From positions 12,710,001 through 12,774,000 of the forward strand of contig OZ076410.1 of assembly GCA_964187785.1 (NCBI GenBank): DNA of 64,000 nt, written 5' to 3'. Every line of letters begins with the position of its first letter. Position 1 is the first letter of the stretch. The DNA comes from Amphiscolops sp. MND2022. Taxonomy: Eukaryota. Positions 34,251 to 48,500 of this stretch are shown in pieces. A program made the translations under genes and the position numbers. The notes beneath the pieces are model-generated. The model was given only the letters and a program-made list of their open reading frames with translations, was not told the DNA's origin and did no database searches.

Positions 34251-37200
34251 TGGCGTTGGATTCGAGTAGGCAAAATAGTCCAAAAATAAGTACTGCATCA
34301 AACCCATTTCGTATTTTCTCATTTAAGTTTTGCATGAGTGCCCACAAAATTGAAACAGAGGACTTTCGTGATAATCACGCTAATTGAATGCCTGATGGGC
34401 AGTCGATCGGAAATTTTTGTGCATTTTCAAAATTACTTGAAGAATATTTACAAATGCTTTTTTTTTACTTTCCGAAATGCATTCCAGTTTTGCTATTTTT
34501 GTTAATGCATAGTTTGACATTAGTGTTAATTTCAATGCGCTTTAAAACAAATTCGCAAGACGTCATTTGATTCCAAAATCCACTCATTGTTCTACTAACT
34601 GATCATTAGAATGAAAATTGAAGAAAGGCGGTCTGGTATGTACATTTAGAGCCTTTACTGAGAGCTTTTAGGGATAGGAAACGATTCCTCATTCTTGGAG
34701 AGATGAGAGTTATAAGGCATTTGATTTGTGTACATTACAAAATCCATTAAATCAGAATGGAAAAGTGTTCCAAACTACATTGTGAAGATGAAGGTAGCTA
34801 GGTAGCTACAGATAATTGGGATGAAAAATTGCAAGTATTTCCTTAGCAACCATTTTGTCAAGTGCACTGTAGCAAACCCCCATGCTATACACAGATACGC
34901 GTTTAAAATATCCCTTTTTCTCAACGCAAGCAAACAAGGAAAAAGGAATATTCCATGCTAATTTAGCCACCCATGAGAATCAATAGATTCCACCAGAATT
35001 GAAGTGTTTTATATATAGCTGAGGATGCCTCAAAAATTGCGGTGAAACCAAGTCATCGCAAAAAAAGCTTGTTACTTCCGAAAATATGAAGACCTATTTT
35101 TTCACGGAAATCTGCTTTTGTCTGCAATTTGTTAGCTATAAAGTCCCATCCCGCGACAGGGTAAAAATTGTAAGTTTTAGATACAAGACGCTGATCAGCA
35201 CTCAGAATTGTTGCTACTTTGAAAATAACAGATTCCGTTGTTGAAATTTTTTGACCTTTTTGCTTCACTTTAGGGTTGCTAGCAGATTTTGTTATGATTT
35301 TCTAAAACTTTTACGGAAAATTTCAAGCGGAAATGTTTCCCTGTGGATTTTGGCATTTATCAAGCTGCTTGAAAGATGCATCCTAAATTCGGCGACATTT
35401 TTAAGCCTAGAAGTTTTACAGGCTTTACCGGTTGTTAATTAAAAGTGATCGTGCCCCTAATAAATTGGGATTTACCTTCAAATTTAATTCCAGTAGTGGA
35501 AAATGCAGTGTGATTCTACAACATTTACAACCGGAACCCTAATTAATTTTCTGGATCACATGATAAGTCTACAGCATGTAGAACGTTCCAGCAGTCTAAA
35601 TTTACAATTCAGGATAAAAATTGAAGAATAAACCGCAGACAGAATTCGTGAACTCGTATGTTGGAAAAATTTGGCAACCTTTGTTTTGAGCATTAAGATG
35701 GTAAATTAATTCTCCTAATGTTAATCAACAATTTAAAGTTTCAGACATTTTCCTACAACTATATGCTACGAACTTAACTGCGTAGAAAACGCAGACTAAA
35801 GCAGTGACTTTTTTTAAAACCAACGAAGTGACAGATGTTATGAGCTTTAAAGCTGACTTGCACTAACACTAACTGCCACATTACTTCTGCTGGCACTTGG
35901 CATAGAGGTTAATTAGGCTTTTTTGAAGTCTGCCAAGCAGGAGGACGTGGGTTCGAGTCTCGCCCTTGACCAAAACTTTTGTGCGTGTTATTTAGGCTTT
36001 GTGAAACTTTTTTATCTCACAAATTTTGTTAATGTCTCCAAAGGATCCCCCTCCAATTTTTTCTATTTTGCAACAGAATGGACACCTTGTTACATTTTTC
36101 GGCAATATGCGACTTACCGGAGACCAAAAAAAATTCAAAAAATTTTTTGGAAATTTTTTAAAAATTTTTTCCTCAGGCGGGTACTGTAGAAGAGAATACT
36201 TGACACTTTGAAGCCCTTTTGCTGTTTTTGAGCATTAGATATGGCGCCGACTTAGGCAGTTCCCGGATTGTTCGTCCTTGAAGTCTATTGAAGGAATTCT
36301 ATCTCTTTTGTATGAAACTAGAGAACATTGAAATTGTTTAGAATGAGCCCAATCAGAGCCTTGCTTAAGCTTTGAAAAAGGCAAACGTTTAAAAGATGCT
36401 CCAATAAAACTACTGAGAAAACTTTCGTCAATGCCACAATATCAAAAACTCAAAAGATTCTCTTGCCACCCTTGAAATCCAAAAACCGTTTTCCTTGAGG
36501 ATGACATCAAAAACTCTAAGTTTCGGTGATAAACTTTCTTTTTCAGAAACATTTTTCTTCATAAACCTTCGTATCGTTTTCAAAAACATCGATAGGCGGA
36601 CTTAGGTTTAAATAATTTCTTTAAAAAAACCGCACAGTGCCAAAACAGAATAACGAAAAACTAGTCATTGTAAGAGTCTGTTTTTGTTTCTTTCACAGCC
36701 AACGAAAAGAGGGCCGAGATGTGAGCTTCTGCTCACCTATTTCGGGTTGTTACCGAAAAAAAATAAATCCATTTTTCTGTCTACCTTAGTGTAGAACAAG
36801 CCGGGAACGGCCAAAGTCGGCGCTATATCTAAGGCTCAAAATTGTGAAAGGGGACCCTTTGGGCTTTGTGAAACTCCAGTTGGTTGCAAAATATGAAAAA
36901 AATTAAAGGGGGACTCTTGGGAGATTTTAAAAAATTCCAGCGAAAAATATTTTTCAAATGAGATTTTTGAACAGTGTCACAGTGCCGAAAAATATAAAAG
37001 GGACGACCCTTTGGGATTTTTTGATATCCATTGTGTTGAAAAATATCGAAACAAACGAAGGGGAGACCCTTTGGTGGAATCCAAAAAGTTTCAAAAAGGT
37101 CACATAGTGCCGAAAAAAAATCCAAGTGAAAAACACCAAAAGCGGGATCCTATGTTTTCGAGGATCTGGACGTCGATGTTTTTGTTTTGGACGAGGTTCT

Positions 37201-39013
37201 GACGTTTTGGACGTCCGTAGTTCAAGTTGATGATGTTGGAAAATATGGACCGATCGCGTTGAACTGACAAGAAAATTAGCCACGGTAAGAGTCGTGCATT
37301 TTCTTCTGAAACGACGACTAAAAAACAACTGAAAGTACCTCGAAAGAAATCAACATGAGAAACCCAAGTCAATTGAAATAATAGGAGACTTACTGAAGAC
37401 ATGAAATATTGAGACCAAGTGAGCAAAAATTAAATTATAACACTCGTGGCGGTTCAATTTTTAGTCAGCGTTTTCGAAGGAAATGCACGACTCTTACAGC
37501 GACGTTTTCGTCAGGTCAACGAGATCGGTCCACTTTTAGTGCCATGTGCACTTTTACCATAAGTACTTAGTACTAAATTTTGAAACCATCGAAAGCCTCT
37601 AACTTGAAATACCAAACCATTCCAAAGCAGAACGGTCCCCTTTTTCCACTTTTTTCCACCCGCACTATAAAAAATTTTCCCCTTTTTTCGGCATTGTGAG
37701 AACCTTTTTCGAAAAATTTTAATGTCTCCAAGGGTTACTCCCTTCAATTTTTAAAATATTTTGCAACAAAATGAATGTTATAAAATCCAAAACGGTCCCC
37801 TCTTTCACATTTTCGGCTTTATGAGACTGTTCAAAATTCTATTTTGTTGTCTGATATTAGGTTTTCTCAATATATATCCACCAATGTTTTTTCAATACAA
37901 CCCAAATCTTTTCCGACGTTTTTTCGGTACAATGCGACTATTTTCTACGTTGTTTTTATTGGAAAACTCATCGATTTTCAATAGAAACCGAGCTTAGTTT
38001 TGCGATCATAGAGGACTCCTCAGGGTTTACTGTGAGATTTACCGAAAACATTTTTTGAAAAAAGTTTTCGACATTTTTTCTCAATTTTTGATTCTCGAGA
38101 GTTGTCAGTTGAGCAAAATGGGTTTTTTGCTTTTTCAGCTGGTGAGAAAGTGGTTTTTGAGTCTTATGCGTATCCCGTCGGGTATTAATTGGCACTGTAG
38201 AATTGATTTTTTCAAGTAGAAGTTTTTCAAACTGTAGAAGTTTTAACAATAGTGTTCTTTGAATGATTTTCAAATCATTTGAAAGATTTTCAAACTGTAG
38301 AAGTTTTAACAATAGTGTTCTTTGAACAGTGCCGCTGGTTCACTTTTTAAGTAACAAGTTTTCTGAGCTTTAACCGCAAAGTTTTCAATTTGTTTCTCCC
38401 CAGTTTCTGCAATAACTCCTACAACTTCTTTAACTTGAATTCTATAACTTCATGTGCCACTTGGCATGGCGGATAACGCGTATTTCTACTTGGGTTAAGA
38501 GAAGGTTTCTGTGGGGCAGAAACTCGAAGCGCTGCTTAAACTCATTTTCTGTCCTGATTGGATGAAATATTTATAAGTTTAATAAACTCCTGTTAACTTA
38601 TATTATTTTATATCCTTTCAAATAAATTTTCCTTTACTTTTCCGTTAAGAAGGGAGACAATTTTCTCAGTCACTTAGACGTTTCGTAGAGAAGCAACAAT
38701 GCGTAGCAGAGGATCAATAAGTTCCCTTGCAAACTATGAGGAAGTGTATATGAAGTCATGGAACTTGAAAAAGCGTTGTTTGATCTCAAATATACCGAAC
38801 AAGCCGGGACCGGCCCAAGTCGGCGCCATATCCAAGGCTCAAAAATAGCAAAAGGACATCAAAGTTTCAAAGTATTCTCTTCTTCAGCACTAAATATTTT
38901 TTTTGAAAAAAGTCTCACAACACCGAAAAAAAATTGAAAGGGGGGACACTTTGGGGTTTTTATATACCCAGTCTGTCGCAAAACCCAAAAAAAATGAAGG
39001 GGGGCTACGCTAC

Positions 39014-41843
39014 AACATACGCTACAGGCTTTTTTTGATTGTTCTATTTTCACTTTATGATTAAAAGAGTTGATCTATTCAAGATCTGTATTTCACCAAC
39101 TTATTGCTACAGAGCGTAACTTCGTAACAAATGATTGTTTATTAAATCTAATCTATGATATATAGTTTGTCTTTATGTATTTAAACAAAAAACAGAATCA
39201 ATTAGTTTTTGTGGGTGATGATCTTTTCAGTTTGATTGACTGACAGGAAATTGAATTCATTCGGACGCGCTATACACTGATAGTGTTTGATCGCAGTTTG
39301 TGATAGTACAGAACTCTTGCTTTTTGTGGCTGAAGGAGAAAAGAGTTAACATTCAATTCAACAGGTATCTGAGTTGAGAGAATTCCCTCAACTCAGATAC
39401 CTGTTGAGCTGAATGTTAACTCTTTTCTCCTTCAGCCACAGAAAGCAAGAGTTCTGTACTATCACAAACTGCGATCAATCAATTTATCTAGGTAATTTTT
39501 TAGTTGCCGCATTTTCCTTCAAAGGAAAAATGTCCGTCTCTCACAGTGACCTTTTTTTCTTCAGACGACAGACCACACACTGAAAGGTCCACATTTTACA
39601 GAAACTACTAAAACTACCCAGGCCAAGTCAGGCCAGCTGAAATTTAGTGCAAATGGCCCCCTTTTGTTTCTTTTACTTTTTAAAATTTTGCCTACAAAAC
39701 GGGACGAGACTAATGGGTTTTCGATTTTTTTTCGGCACTGTGCGACATTTTATCAAAAATTTTTTAATGTCTCCAAAGGGTCCCCCTTCGAATTTTTTGA
39801 TATTTTGTAACAGAATGTATGTTAATAAATCCCAAATGGTCCCCCTTTTACATTTTTCGGCACTATGCGACATTTTCCGAAAGAAAAAAATCTGAAGTTT
39901 TTTCCAACAAAAAGTTTTTGTTCCCAGTTGGGAAAAAAGTTTCCGATTCTTATCGAGCATGAATGAAAGCCACCCTTCTGGGTGTCTCGAAACTGTTTTC
40001 TGAGCTTTTGATAAATAAGCCCTGGGCACATATTAAAAACTTGCGCTTTTTGAGCCTTAGATATAGCGCCGACTTGTTCTCGTCTTGTTTACAATTCCAA
40101 CATCACAAGTTAAAAAATCTTCATCACATCACTGAAAGTAAAAGAGCAGAACTCCTTGAAGAGGTTGTTCAAATGTTGTTCAGAACATGATACGACTTCT
40201 TATTCAATTCAGATGAGTCGAAAAAAAAACTGAAAGGGGGACCCTTTGGTCTCGTCCGCCATTGTATATTATGCGGGAAATTTTTTGGTTCCGTTCCCTG
40301 GGCCAACATGTGAAATTTGAAATTTTGTAGAACTTTCGGTAGAACTATTTTGGTCAGTTCAGGAGGTCTTTAAAAAAAGCGCCGACTAAAAATGGTTTCA
40401 ACCAAACGATTAGCAAACATCACAAGGAATTCTCATTCCGATCATAGTTATTTTTCTTTGAAATGCAAGAATAACTTGTTCATCGTTTCCCCGAGTAATG
40501 AAATGCAGCGTCTGCAACTATGGTTTGAGAGACTCGGTCTGAACATTGATGGTCAAATTTGATCAAATGTTCTCGAGAAAAAAATATAGAAGATGAATAC
40601 AACAATGTTTGCACTGCTTATGACAGGAAAAGGACTAAGTGATTACTAGTTGTGTTGGGGAGCTAGAAGTAGAAAAACCCTTCAACGTCAGTTACGTTTG
40701 AGTTTTTGCTAGTAATTTCACTGTCATTTAAAAACTCAACATACGCTACAGGCTTTTTTTGATTGTTCTATTTTCACTTTATGATTAAAAGAGTTGATCT
40801 ATTCAAGATCTGCATTTCACCAACTTATTGCTACAGAGCGTAACTTCGTAACAAATGATTGTTTATTAAATCTAATCTATGATATATAGTTTGTCTTTAT
40901 GTATTTAAACAAAAAACAGAATCAATTAGTTTTTGTGGGTGATGATCTTTTCAGTTTGATTGACTGACAGGAAATTGAATTCATTCGGACGCGCTATACA
41001 CTGATAGTGTTTGATCGCAGTTTGTGATAGTACAGAACTCTTGCTTTTTGTGGCTGAAGGAGAAAAGAGTTAACATTCAGTTCAACAGGTATCTGAGTTG
41101 AGAGAAGTGATTTTTTAGTCGACGCATTTTCCTTCAAAGGAAAAATGTACGACTCTCACAGTGACCTTTTTTCTTCAGACCACAGACCACACACTGAAAG
41201 GTCTACTTTTACAGAAACTACTAAAACTACTAAAGCTAAGTCAGGCCAGCTGAAACTTAGTGCAAATGCAACGCCCCCCCCCTTCGTTTTTTTTTTACTT
41301 TTTTTAAATCTTACCTACAGAACCGGACGAGACTAATGGGTTTTTAATTTTTTTTCGGCACTGTGCGACATTTTTTCAAAATTTTTTTAATGTCTCCAAA
41401 GGGTCCCCCTTCGAATTTTTTGATATTTTGTAACAGAATGTATGTTAATAAATCCCAAATGGTCCCCCTTTTACCTTTTTCGGCACTATGCGACATTTTC
41501 CGAAAGAAAAAAATCTGAGGTTTTTTCCAAAAAAAGTTTTTGTTCCCAGTTGGGAAAAAAGTTTCCAATTCTTATCGAGCATGAATGAAAGCCACCCTCC
41601 TGGGTGTCTCTAAACTGTTTTCTGAGCTTTTGATAAATAAGCCCTGGGCATATATTAAAAACTTGCGCTTTTTGAGCCTTAGATATAGCGCCGACTTGTT
41701 CTCGTCTTGTTTACAATTCCAACATCACAAGTTAAAAAATCATTATCACATCACTGAAAGTAAAAGAGCAGAACTCCTTGAAGAGGTTGTTCAAATGTTG
41801 TTCGGAACATGATACGACTTCTTATTCAATTCAGATGAGTCGG
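39014..41843. repeat. Dispersed direct duplication, 39014-40225 vs 40738-41843
   Basis: Both start CAACATACGCTACAGGCTTTTTT and end ..GATGAGTCG; each includes a minus-strand HINE-like copy; copy 1 carries an extra inverted arm. Confidence 0.92.
39287..39478. repeat. Long near-perfect palindrome: 92-bp arms, 8-nt loop
   Basis: Arm 39287-39378 is the reverse complement of 39387-39478 with ~3 mismatches; loop AGAATTCC. Confidence 0.95.
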
Positions 41844-42719
41844 TCGGTGTAATGAGAGGTTCAAATTGGGCTCTTTTCTGTAAAACCACAACATTTTTGG
41901 TGCAACCCCCGGCACCAAAAATTTGAAAGTGAATTTCCTCAAAAAATTCAATAGCCTAATTAAAATTAAATTCTTTTTCCATAACAGGAAGTTAACGTCT
42001 AGGCTCTTTTCTGTTTTATACCTACCCCCCATCCCCCCACCTCCGAAATTTTTTGGAAAATTAGTGAAAATATTATAGCTTTGAATATATAAACATATAG
42101 ATTTGAATACAAACCAGAAAGCTCAAGTTTTAAACTAATTCTCAAGGTGATAGTTAAGTATTCAGATAAAAACTTTGTTCACACTTTTTCCTTAAGTAGT
42201 GACGCGTTTTTGATGAAGAAATCAACAGCTTCCTGTTTCAAGTCATCAATAGACACTTAATACGAACATAATTATAGTCAAAATGCGTGAACAATGTTTT
42301 GTTCAAGCGGAAAACTACTCTAATAGAAGTTAACTTCCTGTTATGGAAGAAGGTTTTACTTTTAATAAGGATAGTCTAAAGTTTTTAAGGAAAGTTATTT
42401 TCAAAAATTTTGGTGGTGGTGGGAGGGACAGAAAAGAACCAACATTATTATATTACAATAGTTTTTTGAACAAAACAGTTTTCACGCACGCATCATGAAT
42501 ATAATTATGTTCGTATCAACTGTTTCTTCGTGACTTTAAAACAGGAAGTAGTTGAATTTCTCGTGATAGCACAAAGAAAAATAGTGTCAACAAAGTTTGT
42601 ATCTGAATTCTAAATTGTCACCCTGGGAATGAATATACAATTGAAGGTTTCTGGTTTGTAAACAAGTTTTTGTGCCATAATTGTTGTGTAACAATATGGT
42701 TGTAACAAACAACTAACAA

Positions 42720-42775
42720 GGCGCTATGGCCGAGTGGTAAAAGGCAAAAGATCGTGGGTTCGAACCTCGCTAATG
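42720..42775 (+). pseudogene. tRNA-derived (Ser/Leu-like) fragment or SINE head lacking the anticodon arm
   Basis: A-box TGGCCGAGTGGT and B-box GGGTTCGAACC are separated by too few bases for a cloverleaf; weak acceptor stem. Confidence 0.6.
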
Positions 42776-43771
42776 TCGATCTTTTGTAATCTCATAAAAA
42801 CGAATTTTCATACTTTTTCAAATAATATGTAACAAACTTTGACCTCGCTATCTCGAAAAAAAAATCCTTTGTTTAATCCCATGTTTGTAAACAACTCGAT
42901 GCTCATTTATTGATTTTGATTTGATATTGTTTGAACATTAGTTTGAAATATCATTCAGTACTATGGTGATCAAGATAATTAGAGTGTTCGTTTCTCTCCT
43001 TTTAAATAAAACGGACTGTACTTAGTAAAATACAGTTTCTTTATGTCTTTTCTATAAGTTTGTATCTCAATTCTAAACTGTCACCCTGCGAATGAATATA
43101 CAATTGAAAATTTCTGGTTTGTAAACAAGTCTTTGTGCTATAATATTTTCACTAATTTTCCAAAAAAAATTGGTGATGTGACAGAAAAGAGCCTCATGTT
43201 GAATCCACTCCAAAAATGTCGAAACGTTAAAAGCCCCGCATGGCAGGATAAATGAATACTTTATGATCTCAAATGATACCATCTCAGATAAAAAAGTGGG
43301 AAAAACCCTTAAAATTAGGCGATTTTAACGAGAGCAGCCTGATATCATCAAAATACTTCCGCATCAAAGTTCTCCAACAGTTTTTTATAAAATTCTTAAA
43401 AGCAAGTATTATTTGACCTTTGAACTTTCTATCTATATTTAAAATAAACTCGTGCATTTCGGTCTATGTAAGACGCATAACACAATTAAACAGTGATCAA
43501 GAGCAACAGTTCAAAAATTCTTTGAACGCTTGTTTCATCCTTCTACAATTAATCGTAAAAACTGCTTTTTGAAAATATACAATCTGTGACACATATTAAC
43601 ATTAACAACCATCTCAGATAAGACCATGCTTCGTTGCCGTTGCTTAGTAACAGTTTCTTTTTGACAGCTTTGATTTTGTGCCTTCCACATTTTCAAACCT
43701 TCAAGACTTTTCAGAAAGAAGTGCGTGCGTCATAATTCTAGCACTTGAATCAACGGCAAAGCTATGAAGCG

Positions 43772-43875
43772 ACCACTGAAATAAATCAACATCAAAGAAG
43801 CAGTTATGAACATGAAAATTAAATTTCATGTTTATTATTGCTTCTTTGATGTTGATTTATTTCTATTTCAGTGGT
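43772..43875. repeat. 104-nt hairpin (~47-bp stem, one 5-nt bulge, 6-nt loop)
   Basis: ACCACTGAAATAAATCAACATCAAAGAAGCA..CATGAAA pairs with TTTCATG..TGCTTCTTTGATGTTGATTTATTT(CTATT)TCAGTGGT. Confidence 0.85.
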
Positions 43876-44629
43876 TGTTCTTAGTCTCTTAGTCGAGCCC
43901 AACAATTGAAAAAACAACGTGTAATAATTAGTCATTTCGATCTGATGAAAAACGATCCACGATGGAAACAAAACAGTTTACATGGCGAAATATGAGACGT
44001 GTTTTGTTAAAAAGGGAACCAGACAAAAGTGCCCAAAATACATACTGCAGTCATAAGCGCCCCAATCAAAATCTACATGGGATTTGCTGACTCTTTTCCG
44101 CCACCAAATTCCTCACTCTAAAAGTTCCTCAAAGTTTCTCACTCTAATTAAATGTTTATGAGTTTTTCATTTTAATACAGTCGCGGTGTCGCTATGCCGT
44201 CGTGAAACTTTTTTCTGCATGGGGTAAACCAAGGGACCTGAAGACTTGTTATAGCTGAAGATAACTGTAACTTAGGGTAGCATTGCGTAGTTGTTGGGGC
44301 ATTCGGCCTGTTCAGGTTCGAATCTCTCTCAACTCACCATTGATGAGCCTTAAGGAATGCTTTCATCTCTAGCTTAGTGGTATGGTCAGTGACAAAAAAA
44401 TAACGCGTTTGGCGGAGAAAACAAAACAAAAAATGCAACGGTGAGCAGTCAGATCTTTGTGACCTAGAGCAAGTAACTTTGAAACCACACCACCACGCCA
44501 CCATTGCTTGACCACTTGGCTGAAAATATGGTACCATAGCTTGCTATGGGGAGATAGTATTCGAAAGGATGCCGACTTAGAAAAGCAGAACTGCTTATTC
44601 GGCGTCCAACCCGCGGAATTGGGGAAATG

Positions 44630-44633
<4 letters not shown>

Positions 44634-44681
<48 letters not shown>

Positions 44682-44737
44682 CTCTCCTCTCTCCTCTCTT
44701 TCTCTTTCTCTTTCTCTCTCTCTCTTCTATCTATCTA
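44634..44737. repeat. (TC)n / (CTAT)n microsatellite
   Basis: Direct inspection. Confidence 0.95.
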
Positions 44738-44747
44738 TTGAAAGCAT

Positions 44748-45262
44748 CCCAGCAATCGAAGACACACTACGTCTTCCAAGATCATGGTTAATCTTGCTAA
44801 ATCATGGCTAACCATGGTACCCTTGTCAAGATCATGGCTAATCATGATACATGGAACGCTTGTCAAGATCATGGCAAGATCATGGCAAGATAACCATGGT
44901 AAGACATGTGAGCTAATTTCAATTGTATAATTTATTCTTTTCATAAAAAATTCTTGTCGTCTCCAATTTCTGAATAAGCTGTTGTGATAACTTCGGACAT
45001 AACCTTTATTCATCGAAAAAACCGGTGCAATAAAAATGAATATAATTAGAAAATAAGAGTTACCAAAAAACGGATTTGCTACCATGGAACCCAAATGAAG
45101 AACATGGTTAATATTGACATCCTTACCAAGATCATGGTACGCTTGGCACGATCTTGCATAATCATGGAATCCTTGGCAAGATCTTGTAAGATCATGGTAA
45201 GATCTTGGCAAGGCTAGCTAGCGATTTACCATAGTTCTTGGCAAGCGTACCATGTCTTCGAT
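44748..45262. mobile_element. MITE with CCCAGCAATCGAAGAC termini and AAGATCATGG/CCATGATCTT subterminal repeats
   Basis: The arms are inverted. The right half recurs at ~62113-62379, where the terminus ..GTCTTCGATCGCTGGG is intact; a fragment lies at ~48370-48410. Confidence 0.7.
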
Positions 45263-45444
45263 GAAAGCAATTTAGAGTGTAATCGATTCAACTACAATCT
45301 ACTGTTAGACCATGTGGCAAATGTCTTTTTCTTGAGTCAGAGCGACTACGGTTGTGTTAGCAAAAAACCTGTTAATTTTCACACTTCAGAATTTAAAGTG
45401 CAATAGCAGTATAAGTGGGGTATTCTGTTTCTTTTTCTTTGCAG

Positions 45445-45553
45445 ATGCCGATCCTGTACAGCACCACTAACGAGGACAAGGACCGCATCCACCTCAAGAT
45501 CACGCGGGGAGACACAGACACCACGGCCACCGAGAAGCAGTATCTGCTAGCAG
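45445..45553 (+). CDS. TRPC: TRPC coding exon 1 ([17 protein letters not shown])
   Basis: Polypyrimidine acceptor TTTCTTTGCAG directly before the ATG implies an upstream exon; donor G/GTACTT; EKQYLLA+VERGD matches the TRPC N-terminus. Confidence 0.85.
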
Positions 45554-48500
45554 GTACTTCGCTACTTCTTCACTGCAACATGCATGCATGCATTCATCTA
45601 TTCATGCATGCATGCAAGTATGCATGTATGCATTCATTCATGTATGTATGCATGCATTCATATATGTATGCATACATCCTTGTATGCATGCATGCAATCA
45701 TCTATGCATGCATGCATGCATGCATGCATGCATGCATGCATGCACTGTCCTCTTGTTTGAAAATCGCACTTTTCACTTTCACCATATAACGGAACAACTT
45801 TGATGCAGAAACTTTCACTTTCAAATTGAACGTAGGGTTTGAATCACATTCAAAGAACGGATGCAATTGAGAATGAGAAAAAAATTGGCATTGTTGATAG
45901 CATTGGATAACTTCCAAATAACTAAAATACGTTCGATTGGAACGACAAATCTTCCAGTAACAAGGAGGTTTTCAACGCGCAATCAAATGAATTTACGGCT
46001 GTTTCAATATCTTATAGTGGAAAAGACTTCAACCTTAGAAGTCTTCAAATATCAGGAAAATTTCCGTATCTCGAGGCATAATTTAGTTTTCCTTGCATCA
46101 TATAATCCTGGAGTGTCATCAAGACATTCATCTGAACAAATAGGCACTCTGGAAATGATGACTAACCAACTTGTTCTTGTTCGCACTTTGCAGTGGAGAG
46201 GGGAGACTACACGTCGGTGCACAATTTCCTGGAAGACAGTTCCATCTACTTCAACCTCAACATCAACTGTGTGGATGCCCTGGGCAGAACGGCTCTGCAC
46301 ATTGCGATCGAAAACGAGAATATCGAGATCATAGAACTGCTGCTTGCATTCAACATCGAGGTCGGAGATGCCCTCTTGTTCGCAATCGAGGAAGAGGTCG
46401 TCCAGGCTGTCGAAATCCTCCTCAACTACAAACAACCCAAGGCCGGAAAAGGTACTTCCGTCGTCACGTGACCTAATTTCTATGTGAGCTAATGCGAACT
46501 AATTTCAAGGTTCATGTGAACTTATTTTCCATTTTTAGTCGGCGCTTCATGAACTGAAACGCGACTATAATAGTGACTTTTTTTTCAATTCACAACAAGT
46601 GACCAAAATAGCTCTACAAAGTTCTACAACATTTTTCAAGGGGTAACTGAACTATAAAAAATGTTCCTTTTTTAGCGCAACAATACCGGACGAGACTAAA
46701 GGGTCCCCGTTGAATTTTTGACGGAATCCGGTCGGACAAATATTTTAACAAATGATGGCATATCTTACTTATTATCATTTTTGAATCATCGTTTCTTAAT
46801 AATAGTTCACAATTTTCGGCATTTTCATGTTGAGAAAAGTAGAATAAAATTTTCCCACTGTTTAAAGCAAAAGTTTACTTTTTTTCGTCATACTCATTGT
46901 CCAATTCAGAAAACAGTCCTTCATTTGTTACAGTTGGGGATAATGTCAGGTCTGTCCGGTATCCGGCCTCAATCAGTCCTGTCCGGTCGGACGGAAAATT
47001 TTCTGTCCCCTGTAACTCTAATCATTAATAACAGCACGGGAACGTCTCAAGTCGGCGCTAAATGTAAGGCTCAAAACCCTCAAAACGTTTTTGAAATACG
47101 CTCAGGACGTTATGGACGAAATTCAGGACAAAATTCACAAAAAAAATCCGAAACACCAAAAATGAGCCTTTCGTGCTCGGTAAACGCTTCAGAAGTTCGG
47201 ATATATCGTTCTGGAACAAATGGGAGCGCTTGTTTTGAACCTCCGCCTCCTCCTTGGAAAACGCAATATAGTTCGGTACAACGTCAACAATTCGGATATA
47301 GCGGTTTACTTCGGATATTCGGATAGTATTGAAAAAATTTGTTGGATACATATTGACAAAACCTAAAATCAGACGAAAAATGAGAATTTTGAAACAGTCT
47401 CATAGTGCCCAAAAATGTGAAAGGGGGATTCTCTGGGACTTTTAAACATCCATTTTGTTGCAAAATAACAAAACAATAAAGGGGACGGACCCTTTGAAGA
47501 CAATAAAAATTTTTCGAAAAAGTCTCAGTGTCGGAAAAATCGAAGGGAGGGCCTTTTGCAATAACTTAGATGCGTTTCCGAGGTATTCGTTTAGTTGAAC
47601 AAACAAACTTTCGCCACATTGGAGTCTGTCTGAAAGAAAAAACGAATGACTGTAATAGTCGGGTTTTTAGTCGGCGCTTTTCGTAGAAAACGCAGACTAT
47701 AGCACTGGCTTTTCTTTTTTTAAGACCAATGAAGTGACGGAATTTATAAGCTTTATATGCTGGCTTCGACTAACTGCCACACTAAACTGCTACTTCTACT
47801 GGCACTTGGCATAGAGGTTAATTAGGATTTTTTGAGGTCTGCCAAGCAGAAGGACGTGAAGAAGGGTTCGAGTCTCACACTTGACCAAATTTTTTGTGCA
47901 TGTTATTTCGGCTTTGTGAGACTTTTTAGACTTTTTTATTTCGAAAATTTTTTAATGTCTCCAAAGGGTCCCCAAAGACAGCCGGGGGTGTCCCAAAGAC
48001 GCACTTACCAGGGCGAACCGGAAATAACGTGAGAAAATGGTAGCCCCTTCAATTTTTTCTATTTTATAACAGAATGGATGTTCAAAAAACCCCAAGGGGT
48101 CCCCCCTTCTGCATGGATGCGACTTACCGAAGACCAAAAAAAATTGAAAAAACATTTAAAAATTAGATTTTTTCAATTTTTTCCTCATCCGGGTACTGTA
48201 GACGAGAATACTTGACACTTTGGAGTTCTTTTGCTATTTTTGAGCCTTAGATATGGCGCCGACTTGGGCCGTTCCCGGTTTGTTTATTATATAAAAGCGC
48301 AGACTAAAAATTAATTTCTCAATCTACAAATGGTATTTTCCATCTTGAAGATGCAAACCCATTGTTCGAAACCATGGTACCCTTGCCAAGATCCATGGCA
48401 AGTTCCTTGCTAACCTCACTTAAGGCTGGTGATAAAAGGTGTTTCCAAGAAAAAACAATGCGCAACGTACAGTAGTGAGGGAAAAATTTCGCACTTCTGT

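Noticed and set aside
34035-34387. ORFs with WNCMELHGIA / FHAIPCNSMQ repeats
   Set aside because: Translations of the decamer microsatellite.
42720-42775. Functional tRNA gene
   Set aside because: Anticodon arm missing and acceptor stem poorly paired.
45415-45917. ORFs with MHAC/CMHA repeats (also 59140-59709)
   Set aside because: Translations of ATGC microsatellites; the 45415 ORF is TRPC exon 1 reading into the intron.
46052-46476. Antisense and alternative-frame ORFs over TRPC exons (also 48789, 50414, 52110, 59109, 60870, 63180-63816)
   Set aside because: Shadow ORFs caused by GC-rich codon usage of the real + strand frame.
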